From Candidatus Enterousia sp. (GTDB lineage Bacteria; Pseudomonadota; Alphaproteobacteria; Rs-D84), in contig JAZQTD010000030.1 in the NCBI GenBank assembly GCA_045630455.1, positions 127,243 through 191,242 on the forward strand: a DNA stretch of 64,000 bases. The letters run 5' to 3'. The notes beneath the pieces were generated by a model that was not told the origin of the DNA, did no database searches, and worked only from the letters and a program-made list of their open reading frames with translations. Of this stretch, positions 1 through 9,662 are shown in pieces. The position numbers were made by a program, and so were the translations under genes. Within the stretch, counting starts at the first letter, position 1, and each line of letters opens with the position of its first letter.

Positions 1-232
1 GGATACAACACGCTGACAATCGCCTGCGTTGATTTCAGGGCCGTCAACATATACCACCTGGGGCATACGCTGGTTATATGGTCCGTTTGGATTCCAAAGT
101 GGATTTGATGAATAGTTTTGTACGTTTTGAATTTGACCATATTGTGAAAAGGGTGTGGATGTTACACCATGTGCCAAACTGCTAATAAATACGGCGCAAA
201 ATGCGAAAAATAATTTGTTGTACATTCTCATT
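1..232 (-). CDS. Partial secreted hypothetical protein; the start is in the window and the C-terminus runs off the left edge.
   Basis: Minus-strand translation from ATG at 232..230 gives MRMYNKLFFAFCAVFISSLAHG..., a signal-peptide-like N-terminus, and stays open to position 1. It is not in the ORF track because no stop lies in the window. Confidence 0.3.
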
Positions 233-254
233 TTTTTAGGTCCCTATGACTTCA

Positions 255-725
255 TTATAACAAAAACGTATTTGCAAGCAAAGCCAAAATTCCACCAATT
301 ATAAAGAATGGGCCAAATGGAATGTATTTTTGTTTTTTCTTGCGTGCCCATACTATTCCGCCAATACAGGCAATAATTAATGCTAGCCCCAGTCCGTTTG
401 CGCCCAGCCACAGTCCGCCGACACTTATCAGTTTTATGTCCCCCAGACCGATTGGTGCGGTGGCGTTTGGATTTTTTTTGCGAATGTGCCAATCAAATAC
501 AAAACCCACAAATGCTGACATTAAATATCCAAAAGTCGCGCCAATCGCGGCATTAGCAATTGATACAGGCCAATCAAAAAACGCAATTAGTAATAAGCCA
601 GTAAGTATTAATGGAAACAGGTATGCGTCTGGGATAATTCTGCGACGAAAATCTGCTATGGAAATAAAGATGGCGCAAATAGATGCCCATACTAATAAAC
701 CAATAAAAAAGATATTAAAAAACAT
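255..725 (-). CDS. Prepilin (type IV / Flp) leader peptidase, A24 family (CpaA/TadV-like).
   Basis: 156-aa polytopic membrane protein with an aspartate-containing motif (ISIADFRRRIIPD) and a hydrophobic profile typical of A24 prepilin peptidases. Confidence 0.55.
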   Translation of the reverse strand: MFFNIFFIGLLVWASICAIFISIADFRRRIIPDAYLFPLILTGLLLIAFFDWPVSIANAAIGATFGYLMSAFVGFVFDWHIRKKNPNATAPIGLGDIKLISVGGLWLGANGLGLALIIACIGGIVWARKKKQKYIPFGPFFIIGGILALLANTFLL

Positions 726-796
726 ATTTTTCCCCCTTGCCTTTCGAATCGGATTGGTGCTATACTTATTCTATAATATAACAAGGGTTTTGTAAA

Positions 797-1393
797 ATGA
801 GCAAGGGTTGGGATAATTCAATGCTGAAAAAATTAAAGGCATTGACTGGTAAAGGCTTGTCAACGTCTGAAATTGGTAAGCGTTTAGGGTTTAGTAAAAA
901 CGCCATTGTGGGTAAGTTGAACCGTCTGGGTTGGAATGCTAAGGCGGGTGGTGCTGCGACTGTTGAGGTTAAAGTAAAAGATTCTAAAAAGACGGCGGAT
1001 GCGGCAAAAACGGCGACTAAAAAGCCGGTATCGCCAAAAAAAACAGCGGCTACAAAGACTGTTGCAAAAAAGGTGCCTGCAAAAAAAGAAGTAACAACTA
1101 AAAAAGTTTCAACAAAGGCTACTGTCAAAAAAGAAAGTGCTAAGAAGTCGGATGTTGTAAAAACAGAAAAAAACTCAGCGACTGCAAACGCAAAAACATT
1201 GGCAATGCATCAGCGTATTGTTCAGCATGCGTTGGAAATGGCAAACTTGAAACCAAACCAATGTCGTTGGCCAATTGGTGACCCAGATTCTGAGCATTTC
1301 CATTTTTGTGGTGAAACTGTATTCGTTGGAAAGCCTTATTGCTATGAACACTGTAAGCAGGCATATCAATTTACGCCGCCAAAGAAAAAATAA
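797..1393 (+). CDS. gcrA: Cell-cycle transcriptional regulator GcrA.
   Basis: N-terminal motif LSTSEIGKRLGFSKNAIVGKLNRLGW, a Lys/Ala-rich linker, and the conserved C-terminal box CRWPIGDPDSEHFHFCG...YCYEHC typical of alphaproteobacterial GcrA. Confidence 0.8.
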   Translation: MSKGWDNSMLKKLKALTGKGLSTSEIGKRLGFSKNAIVGKLNRLGWNAKAGGAATVEVKVKDSKKTADAAKTATKKPVSPKKTAATKTVAKKVPAKKEVTTKKVSTKATVKKESAKKSDVVKTEKNSATANAKTLAMHQRIVQHALEMANLKPNQCRWPIGDPDSEHFHFCGETVFVGKPYCYEHCKQAYQFTPPKKK

Positions 1394-1415
1394 GTGCAAC
1401 GAGGGATAGAGCGAG

Positions 1416-3509
1416 ATGTCAAACGAGAGAGAGTCTTATTCAGTCTTGAATGCTAGCGATTATAACATCGCAGGGAATCTGTTGCGAGTGTTTAGCGATT
1501 CAGATGGTAGTGTTGTATTCGTACTTGATTTGATGGTTAATGAAACTAAGCCGAATGTTTTATTGATAATTAATCCAGATGATGATCGTAAGTGGGATGA
1601 TATTCTGGAAAATGATTATGGGATTGATTTAGAAACTATACGACCAAAAAAGGACAATAAATATCAAAAACTGGATATTGAATATAGTGGGTTGACCGTC
1701 TATCAAGATTTAATTAATGCGTACGTTGCAGGGGAAGATACAGCGGATAAATTGGCTTTGTTGAATGCATTTCGCAAAATAGCTGTTCGTCGTGCTGCAT
1801 CAGAACGTCTGGTTGTAGCTGAAACAGTCTCAGATAATGCGCGTGAAACAATTGATAGAGCGAACGATTCTATTGCCGAATTAAACAATCGTGTGCGTCA
1901 GTTGCGCGCTAAATTAACGGATTTGCGTAAAAATATTGGCAAAGAACCAACAAAACAATCTGCAGCCAAGATTTTGCGTACTGAATCCCAGATTGATGCA
2001 GTAAACGAAAAAATACGTCGCGCAAAAAAGCGTTTGGAAAATGCTCAAAAGCGTTTAGTTGTTGCAACCGAAGATGCAGAAAATGCGCGTGATATATTGA
2101 CCAAGATTGGGGAAAATATGGAATTACCTGCGGTAATTCAGGATATGCCACTTGTAACAATGCCAGATAATGAATTGGCAATCGTTCAAGATGCATCTGT
2201 GCCAATGGTGTATCCCAAAGAATCAGATTTAAATTTAACAATAACAAATGAAGCAAAGGCAGAATATATGGCTGACGAAGAAGTAAAACCCTTGTTTGAT
2301 ACAGACCCGGAAATTCTGGATGAAGAAATCGCGTTCAAGCCGATTGATTTCAGTGCGCCAGTGGTTGCATCTGATATGACACCAGTTCCTGTGGCAGAAC
2401 CTCAGTTGTCAGATGTGTACGAAGAAACACCTGTGGTGGCGCCGATATCGTTTACACCGCCGGTTGTCGAAGAGACGTACCAAGAAACAGATGTCCTGCC
2501 AAGTCAGGTTAAATCTGGCACAACGCCGATGCTGGATTCTATCACGTCTGTGGAAACACCAATCGGGATGGATGTTGTCGAACAGCAACAGACGGAGTTT
2601 ATTCCACAGCCGGTTGTGCCATCGTATGCGCCAGTTTTGGAGTCAAACCCAGAACCAGGTATAGTACAAGCATCGACTGATTCTGGATTTAGACCTGTGT
2701 CCCCATTGACGGGTGTTGCGCCAGTTGCGGTGGCTGATGCCCCAAAGCGCAAACAAAGTGTAGTTTATTACATAATGCTGGTTGCGTTGATTGTGATGTC
2801 TATATTTGTGCTATGGTTCTATCAGAAGACGACTGGTGGAAATGCAGTGCCAAATATTGGTGATGCCGTTATGCCAGAAGCGCTTGTGTCTGCAGAACCC
2901 GAAGAAGTCGCAGAACCAGAACCTGTTGTAGAAGAGGTTCTTGTGACAGAAATCGAAGAACCAGAACCTGTTGTAGAAGAGCCCGTGGTGGTTGAGCCTG
3001 TTGTACAGCCAGAGCCAGAACCTGAGCCAATGCCAGAACCCGTTGTGATAGAGGCTGAACCTGTGGTGGTCGAACCAACGGAAATTGTTGTTCCTGTGAC
3101 TGCGCCGGTGATAAATACTGTGCCGACCGTCGTCCCAGAACCAGAAGTTGTACAAGTAGTCGAGACCGAAGAAGAAATCTTGGCAAAAAAGCCTGCGTAT
3201 GGCGTTTCCCAGAAAGAAGCGATGTTTGTGGCGGATGACAAATTTGAAACAGACAGATTGGCGGCTGATACGAAGGTCGATATGTATGATACTCCGATTG
3301 TTCGTGTTCAAGATACGACACCAGTGATACAATATCAAGAGCCAGAAATTATCGAAGAATTTATAGGAGAAGATGTCCCAGCCTGTGAAGGTGGCGCATC
3401 ACCTGATCGATTTGGCTGCTGTCCGGGGGAATCATATACCCAGATTGATAATGGTGGATTTGTGTGCTGCCCAGATGCGGGTGGCGATTGTTTCCCGCCG
3501 TTGTTCTAA
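1416..3509 (+). CDS. Hypothetical bitopic membrane protein: N-terminal coiled-coil, one TM helix, a Pro/Glu/Val-rich repeat linker, and a C-terminal Cys-rich domain.
   Basis: 697-aa ORF. Coiled-coil-like region around aa 130-230. TM helix VVYYIMLVALIVMSIFVLWFY. Repeats of the form EPEPVVEE. C-terminus CEGGASPDRFGCCPGESYTQIDNGGFVCCPDAGGDCFPPLF. Tandem 42-bp DNA repeats around 2914-2984. Confidence 0.6.
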   Translation: MSNERESYSVLNASDYNIAGNLLRVFSDSDGSVVFVLDLMVNETKPNVLLIINPDDDRKWDDILENDYGIDLETIRPKKDNKYQKLDIEYSGLTVYQDLINAYVAGEDTADKLALLNAFRKIAVRRAASERLVVAETVSDNARETIDRANDSIAELNNRVRQLRAKLTDLRKNIGKEPTKQSAAKILRTESQIDAVNEKIRRAKKRLENAQKRLVVATEDAENARDILTKIGENMELPAVIQDMPLVTMPDNELAIVQDASVPMVYPKESDLNLTITNEAKAEYMADEEVKPLFDTDPEILDEEIAFKPIDFSAPVVASDMTPVPVAEPQLSDVYEETPVVAPISFTPPVVEETYQETDVLPSQVKSGTTPMLDSITSVETPIGMDVVEQQQTEFIPQPVVPSYAPVLESNPEPGIVQASTDSGFRPVSPLTGVAPVAVADAPKRKQSVVYYIMLVALIVMSIFVLWFYQKTTGGNAVPNIGDAVMPEALVSAEPEEVAEPEPVVEEVLVTEIEEPEPVVEEPVVVEPVVQPEPEPEPMPEPVVIEAEPVVVEPTEIVVPVTAPVINTVPTVVPEPEVVQVVETEEEILAKKPAYGVSQKEAMFVADDKFETDRLAADTKVDMYDTPIVRVQDTTPVIQYQEPEIIEEFIGEDVPACEGGASPDRFGCCPGESYTQIDNGGFVCCPDAGGDCFPPLF

Positions 3510-3514
3510 AATAA

Positions 3515-3541
3515 AAAGACCGCCAATGGCGGTTTTTTATT
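3515..3541. terminator. Bidirectional intrinsic terminator between the convergent 1416..3509 ORF and adk.
   Basis: GACCGCCAATGGCGGTT hairpin flanked by A/T runs on both sides. Confidence 0.55.
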
Positions 3542-3542
3542 A

Positions 3543-4106
3543 TTAATCCAGAGCTTTTACAATTCGAGCAAAGTTGGCGGATTCTTCTTCGGATGAATCT
3601 ATGTCCGAAAATACAATACCACCTGCCCCGCTAAGCCACCGGATTGCTGGCATGGTTATTTCGTGAAAGTTTTCAATACGATGATGAACTGTCTTGGTGG
3701 TGGCATCATCGGTGCGGGTTGAACCCTCGGCCTTGCGCTTATTAATGCGTTTAACCATTATATCATCCGACACATTTAGATATATGATGTGAATATCGTA
3801 TTTATCTGCATAATTTTTGACCAGCCATTGCGCCTGAATCAACGTGCGTGGAAACCCATCCAGAATTATATTGTTTGGGGTTTGTGCCAATGTATCCGCA
3901 ACCAAATCACAAACCGTATTATCAGGAATTAAGTTGCCATCCGCAATAATTTTGCAGATTTGTGAGCCGTCTGGCTGGGCACGCAGGATTGCGCCAACCT
4001 CGATATGTGTATAGTTCGGGCGCATATCGCGCAGCATACGGGAAAAAGTCCCCTTGCCCGTACCGGGGCCGCCCATCATAACAATCATTTGTTTTTTATC
4101 TGTCAT
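3543..4106 (-). CDS. adk: Adenylate kinase, short form.
   Basis: P-loop GGPGTGKGT, NMP-binding region, and overall adenylate kinase architecture; 187 aa. Confidence 0.8.
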   Translation of the reverse strand: MTDKKQMIVMMGGPGTGKGTFSRMLRDMRPNYTHIEVGAILRAQPDGSQICKIIADGNLIPDNTVCDLVADTLAQTPNNIILDGFPRTLIQAQWLVKNYADKYDIHIIYLNVSDDIMVKRINKRKAEGSTRTDDATTKTVHHRIENFHEITMPAIRWLSGAGGIVFSDIDSSEEESANFARIVKALD

Positions 4107-4174
4107 ACTTGTAATTATACCATAAAAAACACCGCCCGCAAAGCGGACGGTGAAATGATTTGTTGACTAACAAA

Positions 4175-5878
4175 TTATTTTTTGCTGTTTTCAATAGCAG
4201 CGCCCAAGATGTCACCCAAAACAGAGCCAGAATCAGCTTCGTTTGAGAATTCTTTAACCGCTTGCTTTTCCAGTGTTACCTGTAATGCACGAACAGACAA
4301 TTTAACTGTGTTGTCTTCAATCGAAACAACAGATGCTTCGACAGAGTCACCAATGTTAAATTTAGATGTGTCTTGTTCTGACTTTTCGCGTGACAGGTCT
4401 GTACGGCGGATAACACCACGTACATCGCCAGCCAATGTCAGAACCAGTTCGTCTGGTGTTACTTCGGAAACAGTACCGCATACAACTGCGCCTTTCTTTA
4501 AGGATACAGCGTTGTTTTCTGCGCTTTCTGTTAACTGTTTAATACCCAATGTAACACGTTCTTTTTCTGGATTGATGTCCAAGATTTTGGCTGTTACTTC
4601 TTGGCCACGAACGAATTTTTTCAATTCTTCTTCGTCCAATTTGTTCCAAGACAGGTCAGAAATGTGAACCATGCCGTCCAATTCTGGTGTCAAGGCAACG
4701 AACAAACCAAATTCAGTTGTGTTTTTGATTGGACCTGTGACAACGTCACCAACATTGTGGTTTTCTGCGAACTGTTTCCAAGGATTTGGTTGCAGTTGTT
4801 TGTAGCCCAATGAGATGCGGCGTTTGTCTTGGTCGATACCTAAAACTACAACATTGATATCTGCACCATTTTGCAAAACTTTGCTTGGGTGGATATTCTT
4901 GTTTGTCCAAGACAGTTCAGACATATGAACCAAGCCTTCGATATTATTGCCCAGATCAATGAATGCACCGTAATCTGTCAAAGAAGATACTTTACCAGAA
5001 ACTGTGTCGCCAACGTTGAATGCACGTGACGCTGTTTCCCATGGATCTTCTTCCAGTTGTTTCATACCCAATGAAATACGATGTGATTCAGCATCGAATT
5101 GGATAACTTTGACAGTGATTTTTTCACCAACGTGAACCAATTCGCGTGGGTGATTTACGCGTTTCCAAGACAAGTCTGTCACGTGTAACAAACCGTCAAT
5201 GCCACCCAAGTCTACGAATACACCATAGTCTGTGATGTTTTTAACGATACCTTCGACAACTGCGCCCAAAGAAATGTTTTTCATTGCTTCTTTCTGTGCA
5301 GCTGCGATTGTGTCAGACTGAATCGCGCGGCGAGATACGATTGCGTTTGTGCGCAAAGCATCCATTTTCAATACGCGGAATTTATCTTTCAAACCAATCA
5401 AAGATTTCGCATCACGGATAGGTTTATGATCAACCTGAGATGATGGCATAAATGCGAATACGCCATTGATGTCTACTGTGAAACCACCGCGAACAACATC
5501 GATAATTGTACCTTCTGGGTCAACGCCTTCGGCAACTGTCTTTTCCAATTCTTTCCATGCTTTTTCAGCACGTGCCTTGGCATAAGACAAGATTGCTGTA
5601 CCTTCGCGGGATTCATAGCGTTCAACAAAAACGTCAATGATATCTCCAACAGATGGAACAGATGCGCCGAATTCCTTTAATGGAACGCGACCTTCGGATT
5701 TCAGGCCAACGTCAACCATCGCGAAATCACCGCGAATGTCTTTGACTGTACCTTTGGTTGCATAACCCTGCAAAGTTTCTTGTGAGCCATAGTTCGCATC
5801 GAACATCTGGACAAAGTCTTCGCCGGATACTGGATTAAATAAGTCTTTGGATAAATCTTTCATGAAAAATTTAATCAA
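4175..5878 (-). CDS. rpsA: 30S ribosomal protein S1.
   Basis: 567 aa with six S1 repeats carrying recurrent GxV.G.V...GAFV.L motifs. Confidence 0.9.
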   Translation of the reverse strand: MIKFFMKDLSKDLFNPVSGEDFVQMFDANYGSQETLQGYATKGTVKDIRGDFAMVDVGLKSEGRVPLKEFGASVPSVGDIIDVFVERYESREGTAILSYAKARAEKAWKELEKTVAEGVDPEGTIIDVVRGGFTVDINGVFAFMPSSQVDHKPIRDAKSLIGLKDKFRVLKMDALRTNAIVSRRAIQSDTIAAAQKEAMKNISLGAVVEGIVKNITDYGVFVDLGGIDGLLHVTDLSWKRVNHPRELVHVGEKITVKVIQFDAESHRISLGMKQLEEDPWETASRAFNVGDTVSGKVSSLTDYGAFIDLGNNIEGLVHMSELSWTNKNIHPSKVLQNGADINVVVLGIDQDKRRISLGYKQLQPNPWKQFAENHNVGDVVTGPIKNTTEFGLFVALTPELDGMVHISDLSWNKLDEEELKKFVRGQEVTAKILDINPEKERVTLGIKQLTESAENNAVSLKKGAVVCGTVSEVTPDELVLTLAGDVRGVIRRTDLSREKSEQDTSKFNIGDSVEASVVSIEDNTVKLSVRALQVTLEKQAVKEFSNEADSGSVLGDILGAAIENSKK

Positions 5879-6054
5879 AGTTTGCCACCCTTCGCTGAGA
5901 CTTCGGGCGGCAAGCCACCTGAAAAACTCTCTGGGGGTCTTGTGGGGTTAATCGGACTGATTTTGCGCCCACCCGCAAAATCCGACAGATTATACAGGCT
6001 TTTTTGTCAAAATGCAAGTTTTTTCAACAAAATAAATCCCACCATTCGGTGGGC

Positions 6055-6510
6055 TTATTTAATCTTTTGTTGCGCCTTTTGTAACAGTTCTAGTGTACGT
6101 TCTGGATACAGTTTGAATGCGTTAATTGGCGTACCAGATATTGCACTGTTGTGATATACACCCATGATACGAGACTGTTGTAACAAAGCCGTGTTTTTTA
6201 TATTGCCACGAGTGTCAATTATACCGTTAATGTTGTCTGTACGAAAAGACCAGGCCAAATCCATAACTAAACTGTGATTGACGCGATCGTCCAAGTCGTA
6301 CTTTGTGTGAATCTTGTTATATTCTGGCAAGTCATGAAAATTCGTCCCCATGTACGACATATATTCACGTGATGCACCAGAAAAAATATAGTCCTGGGCG
6401 GCCAGTGCAGAACGGTGAATCAGATTTGCGTGTTTTGCAAAAAATGCAGGATTCACAACCGCTAAACATAATTCACGTAGCTTAAAAATTGGTGCCAGTT
6501 CTGTGTTCAT
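6055..6510 (-). CDS. Hypothetical protein.
   Basis: 151-aa ORF lying 15 nt downstream of, and likely co-transcribed with, the methyltransferase-like gene. A hairpin terminator overlaps its stop (CCCACCATTCGGTGGG). Confidence 0.45.
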   Translation of the reverse strand: MNTELAPIFKLRELCLAVVNPAFFAKHANLIHRSALAAQDYIFSGASREYMSYMGTNFHDLPEYNKIHTKYDLDDRVNHSLVMDLAWSFRTDNINGIIDTRGNIKNTALLQQSRIMGVYHNSAISGTPINAFKLYPERTLELLQKAQQKIK

Positions 6511-6525
6511 TGTTTTGTCCTTTTA

Positions 6526-7221
6526 TTATCTTTGCCTTTTTATATGGTCGTTTAATGCTTGTTTAGTTTTAGGGTTCTTCGGTGCCGTCCATTTTTCCCA
6601 ATGGCGTGATTCTGAGTCCAGTGTAGAATCGTGAGTGACCATATGGTGTGGTGGCAGTGTATATGGTAAAGAAAAGCTTTCTTCAATCTTCATATCCAGA
6701 ACTATGAAATTCATTTTGTCACGAACAAAATGTACTGGTGCCAGCAATGCGCCATTAACCCATTTAGGATGCCCCCCAACACGCAATGTGCCTCCAGGTT
6801 TCAAAGCAATCGCCGCACGTCTGTAAAAGTTGACGGCGTGCTGCCAATCAGGTGAATATAATGGCAACGAATATAGTGCCCAAATTTCATCAAATTCGTT
6901 TTCAAATGCTGTGTTAACGAAATCACTGTTTATGACTGTGCGTGCTGAACCAGAATCGTTAATAAATGGGTCAACGTTTGTGACGTCGCAATTAATCTTA
7001 GCAAAATCCAGGCTGCGTTGAATCTGGGAACGACCACCTCCCACCAGTAATAATTTTTTATTGTGCAACAGTTTTTTTATATCTCGATGAGAAATCTGGA
7101 ATATCTTCATGTATGTCAACAGTGAGCGTGCAGTTGTGACACACCCACCCCTGTTAAAGAAGGATGACATTTTATCAAAATCTGTTTTTTGCCAATACAT
7201 AGCGGAGTTATTATAGGACAA
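6526..7221 (-). CDS. Class I SAM-dependent methyltransferase-like protein.
   Basis: Motif I-like LLLVGGGRS, post-I acidic NCDVTNVDP, and motif II-like DEIWALYSLP; 231 aa. Confidence 0.45.
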   Translation of the reverse strand: MSYNNSAMYWQKTDFDKMSSFFNRGGCVTTARSLLTYMKIFQISHRDIKKLLHNKKLLLVGGGRSQIQRSLDFAKINCDVTNVDPFINDSGSARTVINSDFVNTAFENEFDEIWALYSLPLYSPDWQHAVNFYRRAAIALKPGGTLRVGGHPKWVNGALLAPVHFVRDKMNFIVLDMKIEESFSLPYTLPPHHMVTHDSTLDSESRHWEKWTAPKNPKTKQALNDHIKRQR

Positions 7222-7251
7222 AAGTACAGATTGTCAATATTTTTTGTTTTG

Positions 7252-8217
7252 CTATCGGGCGACTGCTCCGGTTAATTTTTCGTGACAGATATAGTCTTTT
7301 AATTTAAAGCCTCCATCCGCTGACCAGTTTAGCATACCGCGCCAATTGTCATCTGGGATTTCAACCGTTGGTAACGGATGTGGCGTGCGCTGTAATTGTT
7401 CGCGCACCTGATCCAGATGATTTGTATAAATATGCGCATCATGTAATTCGCCTTTTAGGATGCCCGGGGTTAGCCCCGTCTCTTTGGCGTACAGCAATAA
7501 TAACAACGCGTAACTGGCAATATTATACGGAATCCCAAGGAACATATCACATGAACGCTGGGTCCAGATAAGGTTTAATTTTCCGTCGCGTGCAATTAAC
7601 TGGTGCATCATATGGCACGGCGGTAATGCCATTTGCGGAAAGTCCACAGGATTCCACGCAGAAACAATAATACGACGGTCATTTGGATTGTTTTTTAATT
7701 TATCAATGGCGTTTGCGACTTGGTCAATACCTGGACGCTCTGGGTTAAAGTTATCTGTTGGGTCTTTTTCAATTCTTGCCTTGTCCCATTGGTATTCGCC
7801 ACCAAAATGTCGCCATTGGAATCCATAGATTGGCCCTAGATCGCATTCAGAATCCGCTACAGAATTACGAACGATTTGTTTTTGTGCGTCTGTCAATGGG
7901 CCACCCTGCTCTAACATTCCGACCTTGATATTATACGCCTGTTCTACCTTGATTGGATTTGCCCATTCGTTCCAGATTTTACATTTTCTGTCCGTTAGCC
8001 ATTTTTTATCAGTTATTCCACGAATAAAAAATTCCAACTCGGTCGCGATATTTTTCAATCCCATTTTTTTAGTGGTGATTAATGGAAAGCCATTTGCCAT
8101 ATCATGTACAAATGTTGCGCCATATCCGATACCAATGTCTGGAATGCCCGTGCGATTTTGACGTACATCTGTACAGTTCTTGTAAATGTCGCCTAATATG
8201 TCTAAGTATGCCTTCAT
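7252..8217 (-). CDS. thyA: Thymidylate synthase ThyA with an internal insertion of about 50 aa.
   Basis: Motifs RTG, GFPL.TTKK, IIVSAWNP and LPPCHMMHQ with the catalytic Cys, plus RSCD and NIASYALL. Start placed at MKAYLDIL, which is preceded by an AAGGAAG Shine-Dalgarno site; the ORF-track start at 8295 is probably too far upstream. Confidence 0.85.
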   Translation of the reverse strand: MKAYLDILGDIYKNCTDVRQNRTGIPDIGIGYGATFVHDMANGFPLITTKKMGLKNIATELEFFIRGITDKKWLTDRKCKIWNEWANPIKVEQAYNIKVGMLEQGGPLTDAQKQIVRNSVADSECDLGPIYGFQWRHFGGEYQWDKARIEKDPTDNFNPERPGIDQVANAIDKLKNNPNDRRIIVSAWNPVDFPQMALPPCHMMHQLIARDGKLNLIWTQRSCDMFLGIPYNIASYALLLLLYAKETGLTPGILKGELHDAHIYTNHLDQVREQLQRTPHPLPTVEIPDDNWRGMLNWSADGGFKLKDYICHEKLTGAVAR

Positions 8218-8235
8218 TATATCTTCCTTTGGTAC

Positions 8236-8263
8236 AAAAAACGCGCCAATTGGCGCGTTTAAT
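8236..8263. terminator. Intrinsic terminator downstream of tig.
   Basis: AACGCGCCAATTGGCGCGTT hairpin plus a T-run. Confidence 0.5.
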
Positions 8264-9571
8264 TTAGCGAACAGATGCTTGTTTGAACAATTCATCTGCT
8301 GGGACTGTTTTTTCTTTGGTCTTGACGTGTGTTAACATTGCATCCAGTGCTTTGCGTTCGAAAATCATACCACGCAACATTGCCAAAGCATTTTGATTCT
8401 TGTTATAGAATTCAAATACCTGTTTTGGGTCTGGATAACGTGCTGCTTCGGCCCAAATTGCTTGTTGCAGGTCTTCGCGTGTGACTTCTACTTTGTTCTG
8501 AGTGCCCCATTCTGCCAAGATTAAGCCCAATTTAACACGACGTTCTGCATCTTTGTGTTCTTGTTTTTCATCCCATTTGTGTTCGCATTTTGCGTCGCCA
8601 CAATGTGAATGCTGGTGATCAAATTCGGATTTTGCCATATTGTATTCTTGTTCGACCAATGTTTCTGGCAAATCTAGTTTGACTTTGTCAGCCAATACGT
8701 CCAGCAATTCGTTGCGCATATCGCGTTTTGCAGCTTCATCATACTGTTCATTGATGATTTTGCGGATGTGTTCACGCAATGCTTCGACAGATTCCTGGCC
8801 AACTTGTTTTGCCAAATCGTCATTTAATTCTGGCAAGATGTGTTTGCGGACTTCGTGTACTTTGACCGCGAAACGTGCATCTTTGCCCGCCAAGTTTTCT
8901 GCATGATAGTTTTCTGGGAATTTAACATTTACATCAAATTCATCGCCAACTTTATGACCGATGATTTGATCTTCGAAGCCTGGGATAAACGAGCCAGATC
9001 CCAAAATCAAATGATGTTTAGATGCTTCGCCACCCTCGAACGCTTCATCACCAATAAAGCCCTTGAAGTCAATAACAGCGGTATCACCATTGGCAGCTTT
9101 GTATTTAGCGTCTTGTTTTTCAGCAGTGCTGCGTGATTTGCGGATGTTTTCCAGCGCAGTTTCGACTTCTTTTTCGTCCAGTTTTGCAACCTTTTTCGTC
9201 ACTGTTATTTTTTCCAAATCAACCGCAGGCAATGTTGGCAGGATATCAAATTCCATTGAATATTCTGCATCTTTGCCGATTGTCCAACCTGCCAAGTCAA
9301 CCTTGGGTGTGCCAGCCAGACGGATCTTTTTATCTGCAACGTATGATTCCAAGTCGCGGTTCATTAATTTATCAATCGCTTCGCCGTATGCAGATGCATT
9401 ATATTTTTGGCGCAGGATGTTTAATGGAACTTTGCCCGTACGGAACCCCGGCATTTTAACCTTTTTGCCGTATTCTAATAAAATTTCATCGGCGACTTTC
9501 TGCAATTCGTCCGCAGAAATCAGACCATTTACGGAATAATGTAAATCTTTGATTTTTTCTTTTTTGAACAT
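8264..9571 (-). CDS. tig: Trigger factor.
   Basis: 435 aa. N-terminal ribosome-binding region containing GFRTGKVP, a central PPIase domain, and a C-terminal arm. Confidence 0.9.
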   Translation of the reverse strand: MFKKEKIKDLHYSVNGLISADELQKVADEILLEYGKKVKMPGFRTGKVPLNILRQKYNASAYGEAIDKLMNRDLESYVADKKIRLAGTPKVDLAGWTIGKDAEYSMEFDILPTLPAVDLEKITVTKKVAKLDEKEVETALENIRKSRSTAEKQDAKYKAANGDTAVIDFKGFIGDEAFEGGEASKHHLILGSGSFIPGFEDQIIGHKVGDEFDVNVKFPENYHAENLAGKDARFAVKVHEVRKHILPELNDDLAKQVGQESVEALREHIRKIINEQYDEAAKRDMRNELLDVLADKVKLDLPETLVEQEYNMAKSEFDHQHSHCGDAKCEHKWDEKQEHKDAERRVKLGLILAEWGTQNKVEVTREDLQQAIWAEAARYPDPKQVFEFYNKNQNALAMLRGMIFERKALDAMLTHVKTKEKTVPADELFKQASVR

Positions 9572-9635
9572 ATGTTTTCCCCTAATTAATTAGAATTGCC
9601 ACGTGATTATACACTGTTTTTATATGAAAGCAATA

Positions 9636-9662
9636 ATAAAAAAATCCCCAAATTGGGGATTT
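9636..9662 (-). terminator. Intrinsic terminator after the histidine kinase gene.
   Basis: ATCCCCAATTTGGGGAT hairpin followed by a T-run, read on the minus strand. Confidence 0.5.

Noticed and set aside
244-795. ORFs 244..492(-) and 322..795(+) overlapping the prepilin peptidase gene.
   Set aside because: The minus-strand 156-aa product has a coherent polytopic membrane profile and an A24-like motif. The alternatives are basic or low-complexity and lack start signals.
1140-1399. Two 74-aa minus-strand ORFs inside gcrA.
   Set aside because: They are antisense to a confidently identified GcrA coding sequence, with no supporting signals.
2811-3338. Three overlapping minus-strand ORFs (139-175 aa) inside the 1416..3509 gene.
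   Set aside because: They are artefacts of the tandem Pro/Glu/Val repeat DNA and are low-complexity translations (poly-Thr/Ser/Gly or Leu/Gln-rich).
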